Assembly: GCA_963804165.1 (NCBI GenBank)
Contig: CAWDPO010000033.1
Coordinates: forward strand, 43,846-107,845
Direction of reading: 5' to 3'
DNA from: an uncultured delta proteobacterium
GTDB taxonomy: Bacteria > Desulfobacterota > Binatia > UBA9968
Length of the DNA: 64,000 nt
Shown in pieces: positions 1 to 10,094 of this stretch. Position 1 is the stretch's first letter. The number at the start of each line of letters is the position of its first letter. The notes beneath the pieces are model-generated. The model worked only from the letters and a program-made list of their open reading frames with translations, had not been told where the DNA came from and made no database searches. The position numbers were made by a program, and so were the translations under genes.

Positions 1-6
1 GGCGCC

Positions 7-882
7 ATGTTTTTGCCGGCTTATATCGCCGAGGACAAGGGTTTTTTTAAGAGAAAAGAACTTGATTCCAAGATCGTAACCTTCAGCCGCAGCAACGACA
101 TCAATGCGCTGGTCTCGGGCGACATTCAGTTCGACCAAACCTCACCGGATAAGGTCATCCACAGCGCTCTCGGCGGCTTCCCTGTTAAAATGGTCATGGC
201 CACCACCAGCGGACTGAATCTCGCCCTAGTGGTACACCCATCGATTAAGTCGGCATCGGATCTAAAAGGGAAGTCGGTTGCGATCACCAGCTTTTCCGGA
301 ATGCCGTACACCGGCCTTCTTCTCTGCTTGAAGGAACTCGGCATGACCAAGGAGCAGGTGGTACCGCTCAACATCGGCGGCAAGGCAGCTCGTTTCGAAA
401 CTCTGCTCAACGGCAAAGTGGCCGCCGCGATTCTCGATCCGCCTTACACGACCATGGCTGCCAAGGAAGGATTCAAACTGCTGGTCGATCTCACGCCTCT
501 CGAAGTGCCCTATCTCCGAAATGTCGTTGCGGTGTCCGAGAGATCTCTGCGCGAGGATCAACGCACGGTCGCGAAGTTTGTCGAAGCTCTCGCGGAAGGC
601 ATGCAGTTCTATCGTAACAAAGCGAACAAAGAAGAAAACCTGAGGATCCTGGCCAAGTATCTTCGCGTTCCAATGGACAAGAATCGCGCGATGATCGAAG
701 AGGGATACGAGACTTATAGGGAGATGCTTCTCAGCAAACCGTACGCCGATCCCAAGGCCATGAAGATTCTCGTGGACGTAATTGCCGAATCGAACCCGAA
801 GGTGAAAAATTTGAACCTGGCCACTCTCATCGATTCTTCTTTCGTCGATCGAATGGATCGGCAAGGGATTTTCGGCAAATAG
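7..882 (+). CDS. NMT1/SsuA/TauA-type ABC substrate-binding protein (probably 5'-truncated by the window edge)
   Basis: P-YIAEDKGFF, ALVSGDIQF, IKSASDLKGKSVAIT and the C-terminal IDSSFVDRMDRQG are typical of the family. The frame is open to the window start. Confidence 0.8.
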   Translation: MFLPAYIAEDKGFFKRKELDSKIVTFSRSNDINALVSGDIQFDQTSPDKVIHSALGGFPVKMVMATTSGLNLALVVHPSIKSASDLKGKSVAITSFSGMPYTGLLLCLKELGMTKEQVVPLNIGGKAARFETLLNGKVAAAILDPPYTTMAAKEGFKLLVDLTPLEVPYLRNVVAVSERSLREDQRTVAKFVEALAEGMQFYRNKANKEENLRILAKYLRVPMDKNRAMIEEGYETYREMLLSKPYADPKAMKILVDVIAESNPKVKNLNLATLIDSSFVDRMDRQGIFGK

Positions 883-1037
883 GAAAACGCCGCAGTCAAT
901 CTCGCGCTCGCATCTCGTCGTTATCGTCGAAGTCGAACCATTCATCTTCGTTTTTATCTGCCACGCAACACTCAATAGTACCTTCAACACGTCTCGGTGC
1001 TCCTTCGAAATTCGTTAAGGTCTAAACGAACTTCGTC

Positions 1038-1066
1038 TTGACGCGCCAACACCCGCAGCATATACG
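1038..1066 (+). promoter_or_regulatory. Putative sigma70-type promoter TTGACG-17bp-TATACG upstream of the cupin-UbiD unit
   Basis: Hexamers at 1038-1043 and 1061-1066 in an intergenic region. The -10 is imperfect. Confidence 0.35.
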
Positions 1067-1139
1067 GAGTGCTGTGAAGCAGCCTTTGCGGTTGCCTTGT
1101 CACAGAGCCGCGAACAGGACTAAACGGAGCAAATATTTC

Positions 1140-2177
1140 ATGAGACTGCCGCACCGCGATCCGATTCAACTGGGTCCAACGCCCTACGAGGCGTTCCAAG
1201 CAAAGGAGGGGATTCCTTCCGTTACCGGATTTTTTGTCGAAGACTTGATGGACGTTGAGGTCAAACCGTGGGCACGGATGGGGGCGCTGGGTTCGTATCT
1301 GAACATGGGCGAGCAGCAGGAGAACGACGCTTACATTTGTGAAATTCCCGCCGGCAAACAGACCGAGCCTCAGCATCATATGTTCGAGACGCTCGTGTAC
1401 ATACACAAAGGCCGCGGCGCCACCACGGTTTGGTTCGAGGGCGATGCGAAGCAGACTTTCGAGTGGGCCGCCGGGGCGATTTTCGCGATTCCTTTGAACG
1501 TTTCATATCAGCACTTCAATGCTTCCAACGAGCCGGTGCGTTTTCTTGCCGGCACCAACGCCCCGCACGTGATCAATCTATTTCACAACGAAGACTTTAT
1601 TTTTCGCAATCCGTTTCAGTTTCGCGACCGCTTCAGACCGGATCGTGAATTTTTCAACGAGAACAAAAAACTGACGATCCGTTCGTGGGAAAGCAACTTA
1701 GTGCCGGATGTGAATGAATTCGCCCTCGACGACTACCCGATGAAGGGCAAAGGCGTGAAGATCATGCGCTTCGGGCTCGCCGGCACGACCTACGGGTGCC
1801 ATATTCAAGAATTTCCCGCCGGAAGCCGGAGCACGTTTCATCGCCACGGCCCCGGCGCGATCGTTTGCGTGACCAAAGGCGAAGGATTCGCGATGGTGTG
1901 GCGTGAGGGCGGGGAACGCACGCGCTTCGAGATCAAATCCGGCTCGATCTATTCGCCCGGCGATTTGATGTACCACGGACACTTCAACACCGGTCACGGT
2001 GTACTGCGCCATTTTGCCATGCGCGGGCGCAGCCCAAAGTTCAGCCAAGACCGCTTTCGCACCAAACTGCACGAGATGATTCCGTTCGACGAGGAGCCGG
2101 CGGATATTCATCCGATGTTTTTGGGAGAGTTGAAGAGGAAGTGTGTGAAGTCGGAAATATCGGTGGTGCAAGAATAA
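1140..2177 (+). CDS. Bicupin protein (gentisate 1,2-dioxygenase-like fold)
   Basis: Two cupin motifs, QHHMFE...YQHFN and HRHGPG...HGHFN. ATG 1140 with GGAG upstream is preferred over TTG 1038. Confidence 0.8.
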   Translation: MRLPHRDPIQLGPTPYEAFQAKEGIPSVTGFFVEDLMDVEVKPWARMGALGSYLNMGEQQENDAYICEIPAGKQTEPQHHMFETLVYIHKGRGATTVWFEGDAKQTFEWAAGAIFAIPLNVSYQHFNASNEPVRFLAGTNAPHVINLFHNEDFIFRNPFQFRDRFRPDREFFNENKKLTIRSWESNLVPDVNEFALDDYPMKGKGVKIMRFGLAGTTYGCHIQEFPAGSRSTFHRHGPGAIVCVTKGEGFAMVWREGGERTRFEIKSGSIYSPGDLMYHGHFNTGHGVLRHFAMRGRSPKFSQDRFRTKLHEMIPFDEEPADIHPMFLGELKRKCVKSEISVVQE

Positions 2178-2211
2178 GAGTCGTTCAAGGTTCAAGGTTG
2201 GGAGAAAAAAA

Positions 2212-3669
2212 ATGTCCGAGCTTGCTTATCACGATTTTAGGAGTTTCGTCGAAGAAGCGAAGAAGATTAGCGATTACCGGATCATTGAAGGCGCCGATTG
2301 GGACGCCGAGATCGGCGCGCTGGTCGAATCGACGGCCGAGCTGGTGCCGCAGCCACCGATGTTGATCTTCGACAAGGTGAAAGGTTATCCGGCGGGATAT
2401 CGAGTTTGCAGCTTGCCTTACGCGGCCTATCGCCGGGTTGCGCTCGCGTTGGGATTACCCACCGACAAACCGAAGTTGGAAATACTCCGGCTGGCGGCGC
2501 GCAAGGTGAAAAACGCAGAGCCGATCGCGCCGAAGGAAGTCAGCACGTCACCTCTGTTCGAAAACAAGTTTACGGGTAGCGACGTTAACCTGCTTAAATT
2601 TCCCGCCCTGCGTTTTCATGAGAACGACGGCGGGCGTTACTTCGGTCCGGGCGGCGGGTTGATCAACCGCGATCCGGATTCCGGTTACATCAACACCGGC
2701 ACTTATCGCATGCAACTCCACGATCGGAATACGCTTGGTTTATGGATGAGTCCGGGGCAAAACGGCCGGCAAATTTGCTCGAAGTATTGGGAGCAGGGAA
2801 AGAGCTGCCCGGTAGTGGCAAGCTACGGGCAACATCCGCTGGTCTTCATGCCCTCGTACACGAAGTTCCCGTATGGCCGCTCCGAGATGGAAATATCCGG
2901 TGGACTGATCGGTAAGCCGCTGGAAGTTTTGCGCGGGCCGATTACCGGACTGCCGATTCCCGCGTCGTCCGAAATTGCCATCGAGGGCGAGATTCCGCCG
3001 CCGTCCGAAGAAGCGCGGCCCGAAGGACCGTTCGGCGAATGGCCGGGCTATTATTCCGGTGGCACGGGCGGCACGGGAGAAAATCAGCCGATCATTCGAG
3101 TCAAGGCGATTTATCACCGCGACGATCCGATTCTCGAAGATGAGGCGCCGCTCTGGCCGGGCGCGGTGAAAATGGATTTGCATATCTCGGCGGGCGTGCT
3201 CTGGGATCAACTGGAAAGCGCCGGCATTCAGGACATCGTCGGGGTGTACAATCACACTTCCTATCTCACCGTCGTTTCGATCAAGCAAAAATACGCCGGG
3301 CATGCCAAGCAAGCGGGTACGGCCGCGCTCAGCTGCGCCGCGGCAAATCGCAACGGCCGCTACGTCGTCGTGGTCGATGAAGATATCGACCCGACCAACG
3401 TGAAGGAAGTGCTGTGGGCGATGATGACGCGGGTCGATCCGCCGACCAATATCGATATCATCGACGGCTGCTGGAGCACGCCGCTCGATCCGCGCATGCC
3501 GCCGGAAAAGAGAGACAACAAGGACCACACCAACGGCCGGGCGATCTTCTATGCGGTGCGCCCGTTTGCTTGGAAGGACAAGTTTCCTAAAGTCAGCCGC
3601 TCGAGCCGCGAGCTGCGCGAGAAAACTATCGCAAAGTTTAAGGGCATTATTCCGTTTCCGGGGGCATGA
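2212..3669 (+). CDS. UbiD-family (prFMN-dependent) decarboxylase
   Basis: GADWDAEIGAL, NTGTYRMQ, EGPFGEWPGYY, VVVDEDIDP..EVLWAMMTR and WSTPLDP motifs. Confidence 0.92.
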   Translation: MSELAYHDFRSFVEEAKKISDYRIIEGADWDAEIGALVESTAELVPQPPMLIFDKVKGYPAGYRVCSLPYAAYRRVALALGLPTDKPKLEILRLAARKVKNAEPIAPKEVSTSPLFENKFTGSDVNLLKFPALRFHENDGGRYFGPGGGLINRDPDSGYINTGTYRMQLHDRNTLGLWMSPGQNGRQICSKYWEQGKSCPVVASYGQHPLVFMPSYTKFPYGRSEMEISGGLIGKPLEVLRGPITGLPIPASSEIAIEGEIPPPSEEARPEGPFGEWPGYYSGGTGGTGENQPIIRVKAIYHRDDPILEDEAPLWPGAVKMDLHISAGVLWDQLESAGIQDIVGVYNHTSYLTVVSIKQKYAGHAKQAGTAALSCAAANRNGRYVVVVDEDIDPTNVKEVLWAMMTRVDPPTNIDIIDGCWSTPLDPRMPPEKRDNKDHTNGRAIFYAVRPFAWKDKFPKVSRSSRELREKTIAKFKGIIPFPGA

Positions 3670-3684
3670 GGACTGGCGCAAGTC

Positions 3685-3777
3685 GAGATTCTTCGCTTCG
3701 CTCAGAATGACAATCCTGATGAGCCATACCGAAACTTTAGTTTTTAGGTGTCATCCTGAGCGTCAGCGAAGGATCTC
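3685..3777. repeat. REP-like inverted doublet, family A (TGTCATYCTGAGC..CGAAGRATCT)
   Basis: gagattcttcgcttcgctcagaatgaca (3685-3712) and tgtcatcctgagcgtcagcgaaggatctc (3749-3777). The same family occurs at 27065, 32314 and 44519. Confidence 0.85.
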
Positions 3778-3844
3778 TTCCGAAAAAGAGTTCTTGTAGT
3801 GCAATGACCTGACAATATACCCACGATTTGCGAGGAAAGTTTCC

Positions 3845-5122
3845 ATGATCAGCAAAGAAGAGAACGATCTTCTAACTCAAACCGGCCCGGGCACACCGGC
3901 GGGCGAGTTGATTCGCCGTTATTGGCAACCCGTGGCGCTCGCCGAAGAGTTGCCTGCGGGTGGCGCGCCTTTGAGCGTGCGGATTTTGGGTGAAGATCTG
4001 GTCCTGTTTCGCGATCAACACGGACGAGTAGGATTGCTAGGGATTCACTGCTCGCATCGCGGCACGGATCTTAGCTACGGGCGGATCGAGGACGGCGGTT
4101 TGCGCTGTCTCTATCACGGTTGGCTTTACGATATTAACGGCCGCTGTCTCGAACAGCCCGGCGAGCCCGGCGGCGGCGAACATCGCGATCAGATTCGCCA
4201 TCGCGCCTATCCGTGCAAAGAAGTAGCGGGAGCGATCTTTACTTACATGGGCCCGGGAGAGCCGCCGCTCCTCCCCAATTATGATTTTCTCAAAGCGTCG
4301 CCCGATCATCTTTACGTGTGCAAAATTTTTCACGAGTGCAATTATCTCCAAGCCAACGAAGGCAACATCGATCCCGTTCATCTTTCCTTTCTCCATCGAT
4401 TTCTTGAGAAGCGCGACGAGAGTTATCGCGGAGTACGCGGCGCCGAGGAGTCGCACTATAACCTGGTGGCGAGAAATTCGGCGCCGATAGTGGACGTCGA
4501 GCTGGCGGATTTCGGCGTGCGCATTTACACGGTGCGAACCCTCGAAGACGACAAATCGTATTTGCGGGTTTCGTACTTCATTCTGCCGAACTTCAGCGCT
4601 TTCCCGGGACAGACCGGCGGCGAAGGCTACTCGGTCAATTGGCATGTGCCGATCGACGACACGCATCACTGGAAGTACACGTTTGTCTATAGCGCGGGCG
4701 CGCCGCTGCGCAAGGATTTGGTCAACCGCGAGCGCTCGGAGCTCGGTCCGGATTACCGCTTGGTCCGCAACGGGGCCAACCGCTTCATGCAGGACCGTGA
4801 CGCAATGCGGGACAAAACTTACGCGGGAATGGGCTCGGGCTTTCAGGCTCATGACGCGTTCGCCACGGCGAGCCAAGGCCGGATCCAAGACCGCGGCGAG
4901 GAGCGGTTGGTGTCATCGGACAAGGCGATCGTCGCAGCGCGCAAGCTGATGGAGAAAGCGATTCGCGACGTGCAGGACGGCAAAGATCCGCCGCATGTCA
5001 TTAGGAACGCCAACGAAAATCGTTTTCCTCATTTTATGGTGCTCTCCGACATGATCCCGAGCAGCAGCGATTGGCGGCAGTACGCCAAAAATCTCGAAAC
5101 CCAAGCGAGGGCAAAAGTCTGA
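3845..5122 (+). CDS. Rieske non-heme iron oxygenase alpha subunit (phthalate 4,5-dioxygenase/LigX-like)
   Basis: CSH...CLYH Rieske motif, EGNIDPVHLSFLH mononuclear Fe motif, QAHDAFA and SSDKAIVAARK. Confidence 0.92.
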   Translation: MISKEENDLLTQTGPGTPAGELIRRYWQPVALAEELPAGGAPLSVRILGEDLVLFRDQHGRVGLLGIHCSHRGTDLSYGRIEDGGLRCLYHGWLYDINGRCLEQPGEPGGGEHRDQIRHRAYPCKEVAGAIFTYMGPGEPPLLPNYDFLKASPDHLYVCKIFHECNYLQANEGNIDPVHLSFLHRFLEKRDESYRGVRGAEESHYNLVARNSAPIVDVELADFGVRIYTVRTLEDDKSYLRVSYFILPNFSAFPGQTGGEGYSVNWHVPIDDTHHWKYTFVYSAGAPLRKDLVNRERSELGPDYRLVRNGANRFMQDRDAMRDKTYAGMGSGFQAHDAFATASQGRIQDRGEERLVSSDKAIVAARKLMEKAIRDVQDGKDPPHVIRNANENRFPHFMVLSDMIPSSSDWRQYAKNLETQARAKV

Positions 5123-6306
5123 CTCAGATTCTTCGTGTGGGCATGGCCGGCCTCGGCGTGGCGAGCACGCAGATCATGCCGCCGATCGCCGCGTTGCCCT
5201 ATATTAAAATTACCGCCGCCGCGGACACGCGCACCGATGCACTGGCGAAATTTCGCGAGACTTACCACGGCGAAGCATTTGCGAGCGTCGAAGCGATGTG
5301 CGAGAGCGCCGACGTCGACGCGGTTTACGTCGCCACGCCGAACCAGTTGCACGTCAAGCATGTGATCGCGGCAGCCGAGCGCGGGAAGCACGTCATCGTC
5401 GAAAAGCCGATGGCGACGTCGATCGCGGAGTGCGACGCCATGAACGAAGCGGCTGAGAAATATGGCGTCAAGCTGCTGTGCGGCCATACGCACAGCTTCG
5501 ATCCGCCGATCCGAAAGATCCGCGAGATCGTCAAGAGCGGCGAGCTCGGCAAGCTCTGCATGATCAATACCTGGAACTACAACGAGTTCATGTACCGGCC
5601 ACGCATGAAACACGAATTGGCCATGAGCCGCGGCGTGGTGCTCAACCAAGGGCCGCATCACGTCGACATCGTGCGCCTGATCGGCGGTGGCAAGGTGCGG
5701 AGCGTGCGTGCCATGACCGGCGTCTGGGACAAGGCGCGTGAGTGGGAGGGCAGCTATACCTGTTATCTCGAATTTCAAGACGGCACGCCCGCGACGCTGG
5801 TTTATAGCGGTTACGGTTTCTTCGATACGGCAGAGTTATTCAACTGGGTCGGCGAGGGCGGACAGTACCGAGCGCCGGAAACCAATCTCGACGTCAGAAA
5901 AAAGCTGCGCGAAGTGCGCACGGTCGAGGAAGAAGAACAGCTCAAAGAAGGCATGCGCTTCGGCGGCAAGCGCGAGGGCGAGTTCAGTCATGTCTGGAAC
6001 GGCGAGCGAAAACAGCCGTTTTTCGGATTCACGATGGTCAGTTGCGAGAAAGGGGATATTCGCCAGACACCCGACGGGCTTCGCATCTATGGCGAAACCG
6101 AGCAGCGCGAAGTTTCCTTGCCTGCGGGCGCACGCGGACGCGAAGCCGAAGTCGAAGAGCTCTACAACGCCGTCGTGCACAAGCGACCCGTGTTCCACGA
6201 CGGGCGCTGGGGCGCAGCGACGTTGGAAGTGTGCCTAGCGATGCTCGAGTCGGCGGAGAAGCGCAAAGAAATTTTCCTCTCGCATCAGGTGCCGAGTCCG
6301 GCGTAA
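5119..6306 (+). CDS. Gfo/Idh/MocA oxidoreductase, cis-dihydrodiol dehydrogenase (OphB)-like
   Basis: VGMAGLG, VYVATPNQLH, EKPMA, GHTHSFDPPI, RGVVLNQGPHHVD and HDGRWGAATLEVC. Start uncertain (CTG 5119 overlapping the Rieske stop, or GTG/ATG slightly downstream). Confidence 0.85.
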   Translation: MTQILRVGMAGLGVASTQIMPPIAALPYIKITAAADTRTDALAKFRETYHGEAFASVEAMCESADVDAVYVATPNQLHVKHVIAAAERGKHVIVEKPMATSIAECDAMNEAAEKYGVKLLCGHTHSFDPPIRKIREIVKSGELGKLCMINTWNYNEFMYRPRMKHELAMSRGVVLNQGPHHVDIVRLIGGGKVRSVRAMTGVWDKAREWEGSYTCYLEFQDGTPATLVYSGYGFFDTAELFNWVGEGGQYRAPETNLDVRKKLREVRTVEEEEQLKEGMRFGGKREGEFSHVWNGERKQPFFGFTMVSCEKGDIRQTPDGLRIYGETEQREVSLPAGARGREAEVEELYNAVVHKRPVFHDGRWGAATLEVCLAMLESAEKRKEIFLSHQVPSPA

Positions 6307-6362
6307 GGCAATGTCTAGCGTTTCGTGTCTAGCGTTTGGGGGTTGATCCGAATTACATTGCG

Positions 6363-7499
6363 ATGAACATGTTCGTCGGGCATTTACTTGTCAGTTTCGC
6401 AATTTGCTTGGCTTTCGGCGTTGCGGCGGATGGTGCTGAGTCACCGCCGGCGTGGCAAACGGAGTGGGAGCGGACGGTCAAAGCGGCGGAAGCGGAAGGA
6501 CAGCTGACTGTTTATATGTCCGGCTATAGCTCGGTCATCGAAGCGGGGGTGTTTCAAAAGGCTTTTCCGAAGATCAAAGTCACCATCGTTCCGGGAACGG
6601 GCTCGCAGCTGGCGCCGCGAATCGTCGCCGAACGCCGCGGTGAAAAATTTCTCGCCGATGTCTACAACGGCGGCGGGACTTCGCTGTATCAGGTCCTCTA
6701 TTTGGGCAAGATGCTCGATCCGATACGGCCGGCGCTCATGCTTCCCGAGGTCACGGATACCTCGAAGTGGTGGGAAGGCAAACATAAATACGTCGATCGA
6801 GAAGGTAGCTACATGTTTGTCTACGAGGGCAACGTGTCGTCGGGCGGCTCGCCGGCTTACAATACCCAGCTGATCAGTCCAAAAGATTATCGATCCTATT
6901 GGGATTTTCTCAATCCCAAACTCAAGGGCAAGATCGGTTCAATCGATATTCGCAAAGTCCGTGGGATCGGACCCTCGATGCAGTATCTGTACTATCACCC
7001 GGAAATCGGCGTAGAATTTCTCCGCCGATTTTATCAGGAGATGGACGTCAGCATGAGTGGCGACTTTCGACAGGCTATGGACTGGCTGGCGGCCGGCAAG
7101 GTCGCAGTCCTCCTACCGATGCAGAGTTCAGGGACGGCGAAGGCGAAGGCGCAGGGATTGCCAGTGGATGAATTCGCTACAAATCAGTTCAAAGAGGGCG
7201 TGAACATTTCGTCCGCCTTCGGCCAGGTGGCGCTCATGAACCGGGCGCCGCATCCCAATGCCGCCAAAGTCTTCGTCAATTGGCTGCTGTCGCGCGAGGG
7301 CCAGGCCACGTTGCAAAAAACTATGAGCACGCCCGGCGATCCCAAGAACTCACGCCGCGTGGACGTTCCTAAGGATCACATTCCAACCGCGGAACGGCGC
7401 CGTGATGGCATGAAGTACTTTGACATCGACGACCGCGAAACCAAGGATATCAATCCGGCAATCAAGTTAATCGACGAGATTTTTGCCGGGACGAAATAG
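6363..7499 (+). CDS. AfuA/FbpA-fold extracellular solute-binding protein, paralog 1
   Basis: Signal peptide, WQTEWERTVKAAEAEG, AERRGEKFLADV, SYWDFLNPKLKGK and APHPNAAKVFVNWLLSREGQ. Confidence 0.85.
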   Translation: MNMFVGHLLVSFAICLAFGVAADGAESPPAWQTEWERTVKAAEAEGQLTVYMSGYSSVIEAGVFQKAFPKIKVTIVPGTGSQLAPRIVAERRGEKFLADVYNGGGTSLYQVLYLGKMLDPIRPALMLPEVTDTSKWWEGKHKYVDREGSYMFVYEGNVSSGGSPAYNTQLISPKDYRSYWDFLNPKLKGKIGSIDIRKVRGIGPSMQYLYYHPEIGVEFLRRFYQEMDVSMSGDFRQAMDWLAAGKVAVLLPMQSSGTAKAKAQGLPVDEFATNQFKEGVNISSAFGQVALMNRAPHPNAAKVFVNWLLSREGQATLQKTMSTPGDPKNSRRVDVPKDHIPTAERRRDGMKYFDIDDRETKDINPAIKLIDEIFAGTK

Positions 7500-7568
7500 C
7501 CGAGGATAGAGGATGGAGTATTAAGGATGGCATGAGTACCGGAGATAGCCATAGAAGAGGAGCGTAAA

Positions 7569-8738
7569 ATGTTGACCGCAGAAGAAAACGAAATGCTCAC
7601 AAGGGTCGGCCCGGGAACGCCGGCGGGCGAATTGCTGCGCCGTTATTGGCATCCTGTCGCGATTGCCGCCGACTTGACGCCGGAAAATCCGACTAAGTTC
7701 GTCCGTATCTTGGACGAGAATTTAGTATTGTTCGTGACGCCCAAAGGCGAGCCTGGCCTGCTCCACGATCGCTGTTCGCACCGTGGCGCCTCGTTGTCGT
7801 ATGGTCGTGTCGAAGAGCGGGGCCTCGCGTGCGCTTATCACGGCTGGCTTTATGACCCGAAAGGCAACTGTTTGGAAACGCCGGCGGAGCCTGCCGACAG
7901 TAAGTTTTGCCTCACCGTCAAACATAAAGCTTATCCGGTGCAAAAATTGGCCGGTCTGTATTGGGCCTATTTCGGACCTCAGCCCGCCCCGGTCATTCCG
8001 AAATATGATGTTTGGGCGCGTACCGACGGCTGGCACTGGCTGCGCGCACTGCCGCAGCTCGACTGCAACTGGTTGCAAGCGATGGAAAACTCCGTGGACA
8101 CGGCCCATCTGCACATCCTCCATCAGGAGCTGGTGACCGACGGTTTCAAGGTCGAGAGCACGACCCGCGGCACGATCGACAATCTGGTCAAGTATGAGAT
8201 GGAGGAGTTTACCCACGGCATTCTCAAGCGGCGGGTTTTCCGCGACGGCAAGGTGGAGGAACATCCGCTGCTTTTCCCCACGGTCTTGCGTCAAGCTAAC
8301 CGCACACAGATCCGCGTGCCGATCGATGATACCCATACTTGGATCGTCTACGTTCACTTTGTGCCCGATTCGGCCGAGCCGCGAGCGAACAAAGACGAAG
8401 TGCCGGTTAATTACCGCAAGCCTTTCAAAAATCCACTCGGTGCGCGCCATCCTTTTACCAAGTTCCGCCTTGATGAAGTCGACGCTCAGGATTTCATGGC
8501 ATGGGAAACACAGGGGCCGATTCTCGACCGCACGCGCGAAAGGCTGGCTGCGTCAGACCGCGGCGTGGTGATGTATCGCGAGATGCTGGCACGGGAGATT
8601 AAGAAAGTGCAGCAGGGAGTCGATCCAATGAACGTTTTTCGCGATCCCGATCACGCGATCATCGACACCCAAATGGAAAGCTCCCTGGAAGTCGGGAAGG
8701 CGGGATCGGTGCGCTACCACGTGCCGCCGGCACTATAG
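7569..8738 (+). CDS. Rieske oxygenase alpha subunit
   Basis: CSH...CAYH, ENSVDTAHLHILH and QDFMAWETQG. Confidence 0.92.
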   Translation: MLTAEENEMLTRVGPGTPAGELLRRYWHPVAIAADLTPENPTKFVRILDENLVLFVTPKGEPGLLHDRCSHRGASLSYGRVEERGLACAYHGWLYDPKGNCLETPAEPADSKFCLTVKHKAYPVQKLAGLYWAYFGPQPAPVIPKYDVWARTDGWHWLRALPQLDCNWLQAMENSVDTAHLHILHQELVTDGFKVESTTRGTIDNLVKYEMEEFTHGILKRRVFRDGKVEEHPLLFPTVLRQANRTQIRVPIDDTHTWIVYVHFVPDSAEPRANKDEVPVNYRKPFKNPLGARHPFTKFRLDEVDAQDFMAWETQGPILDRTRERLAASDRGVVMYREMLAREIKKVQQGVDPMNVFRDPDHAIIDTQMESSLEVGKAGSVRYHVPPAL

Positions 8739-8797
8739 AGGAAAACTAAGTTGCAGTCGTGGAAACCGTGCCTTCACCGTCGCTGCCAGGATAGATT

Positions 8798-9925
8798 GTG
8801 AAGCGATCGGGTCAATTCATTATCATTACATTGGTGCTCGGACTCATCGGAGTTGCCAATGCCGCCGAATCCCAACCCAATTGGCAACGCGAATGGGAGA
8901 AGGTCCTCGAAGGCGCGAAGCGGGAAGGCGAGGTGCGACTCTGGGGTGAACAAGAAATCACGCATCTCGACATCATTGCGGCATTTACCAAAGAATTTCC
9001 TTTCATCAAAGCCGTCAGCGTAAGCGGGCGGGTTGGGGATTTGATGCCGCGCATCGTCGCCGAGCGGCGTGCCGCGAAATTTCTGGCCGACATTTACAGC
9101 GGCGGTTTGGGCGGACGATCGTTTTTTGATTTCCACAAAGCCGGCGTGCTCGATCCACTCAAGCCGGTGTTGCTTCTTCCCGAAGTCGTCGACGGCTCGA
9201 AGTGGCTGAACGGCGAGCATTACTATGCCGACGGAGAAAAGCAGTTTGTCTTTATGTATGAGGGCAGCGTCGCTGGCGTTGGACTGCACTACAACACGGG
9301 TCTCGTCGATCCCAAGGAATTCAAGTCCTACTGGGATCTGCTCAATCCAAAGTGGAAGGGCAAGCTTCTGCTCTTCGAACGACCCGGGGTGGGCTCGCCG
9401 AGTGTGATTCGCTACTTTTACAACACGCAGCTGGGGCCGGATTTCGTCAAGCGCTTATTCAGCGAGATGGAGGTTACGGTTTCGCAGGACCGACGCCAAT
9501 CGAGCGACTGGTTGGCGTCAGGTAAATTTTCCATCTGCATCGACTGCGGCGACACCGACCGGGCAAAGCAGCAAGGATTGCCCGTCGATGAATTTCCCCA
9601 TGCGAACCTCAAAGAAGCGAGCTATGAAATCAGCACAAGCGGCAACAGCGGTTTGGCGCTCATCAACAATCCGCCGAATCCCAATGCGGCGCGGGCATTT
9701 ATCAACTGGTTTCTTTCGCGCAACGGCCAGACGGTGTGGCAGAGCGTCATGAACACCAAGGTGCAGGAGCCTTCCGATTCCATGCGCGTCGATATTCCCA
9801 AGGACAAAGTTGGCGCGCCGGCAAAGCGCGAAGAGGGCAAGAAATATCGCGTCAGCGGATTTCTCGATCCCGATCCGCCGACGAAATTGTTTAGAGAACT
9901 AGTGAGTAAAGAGAAGCGCAAATGA
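8798..9925 (+). CDS. AfuA/FbpA-fold solute-binding protein, paralog 2 (CIDC motif)
   Basis: Signal peptide, WQREWEKV, SYWDLLNPKWKGK and PPNPNAARAFINWFLS. Confidence 0.85.
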   Translation: MKRSGQFIIITLVLGLIGVANAAESQPNWQREWEKVLEGAKREGEVRLWGEQEITHLDIIAAFTKEFPFIKAVSVSGRVGDLMPRIVAERRAAKFLADIYSGGLGGRSFFDFHKAGVLDPLKPVLLLPEVVDGSKWLNGEHYYADGEKQFVFMYEGSVAGVGLHYNTGLVDPKEFKSYWDLLNPKWKGKLLLFERPGVGSPSVIRYFYNTQLGPDFVKRLFSEMEVTVSQDRRQSSDWLASGKFSICIDCGDTDRAKQQGLPVDEFPHANLKEASYEISTSGNSGLALINNPPNPNAARAFINWFLSRNGQTVWQSVMNTKVQEPSDSMRVDIPKDKVGAPAKREEGKKYRVSGFLDPDPPTKLFRELVSKEKRK

Positions 9926-9960
9926 CCCCAACAAAGTATTGCACTGTGGCAGTGTAGAGA

Positions 9961-10044
9961 TGTCATTCCGGCGGAATCCAGATCCCCATCCCCGCCTGGA
10001 TTCCGGGTCGCCCCCGGCCTTCGCCGGGGTTGCCCGGAATGACG
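9961..10044. repeat. REP-like doublet, family B (GTCATTCC..GGAATCCAG / CTGGATTCC..GGAATGAC)
   Basis: tgtcattccggcggaatccag ... ctggattccggg...cccggaatgacg. Related copies at 22089, 28399 and 36304/37389. Confidence 0.75.
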
Positions 10045-10094
10045 GCTAATCATGTAACGATTGAATAGACGAGCAGACCTTTTGGGAGTCAGTA

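Noticed and set aside
883-1139. Riboswitch, tRNA or other ncRNA in the longer spacers
   Set aside because: No recognisable consensus structure or motif was found by eye; an Infernal/Rfam scan would be needed.
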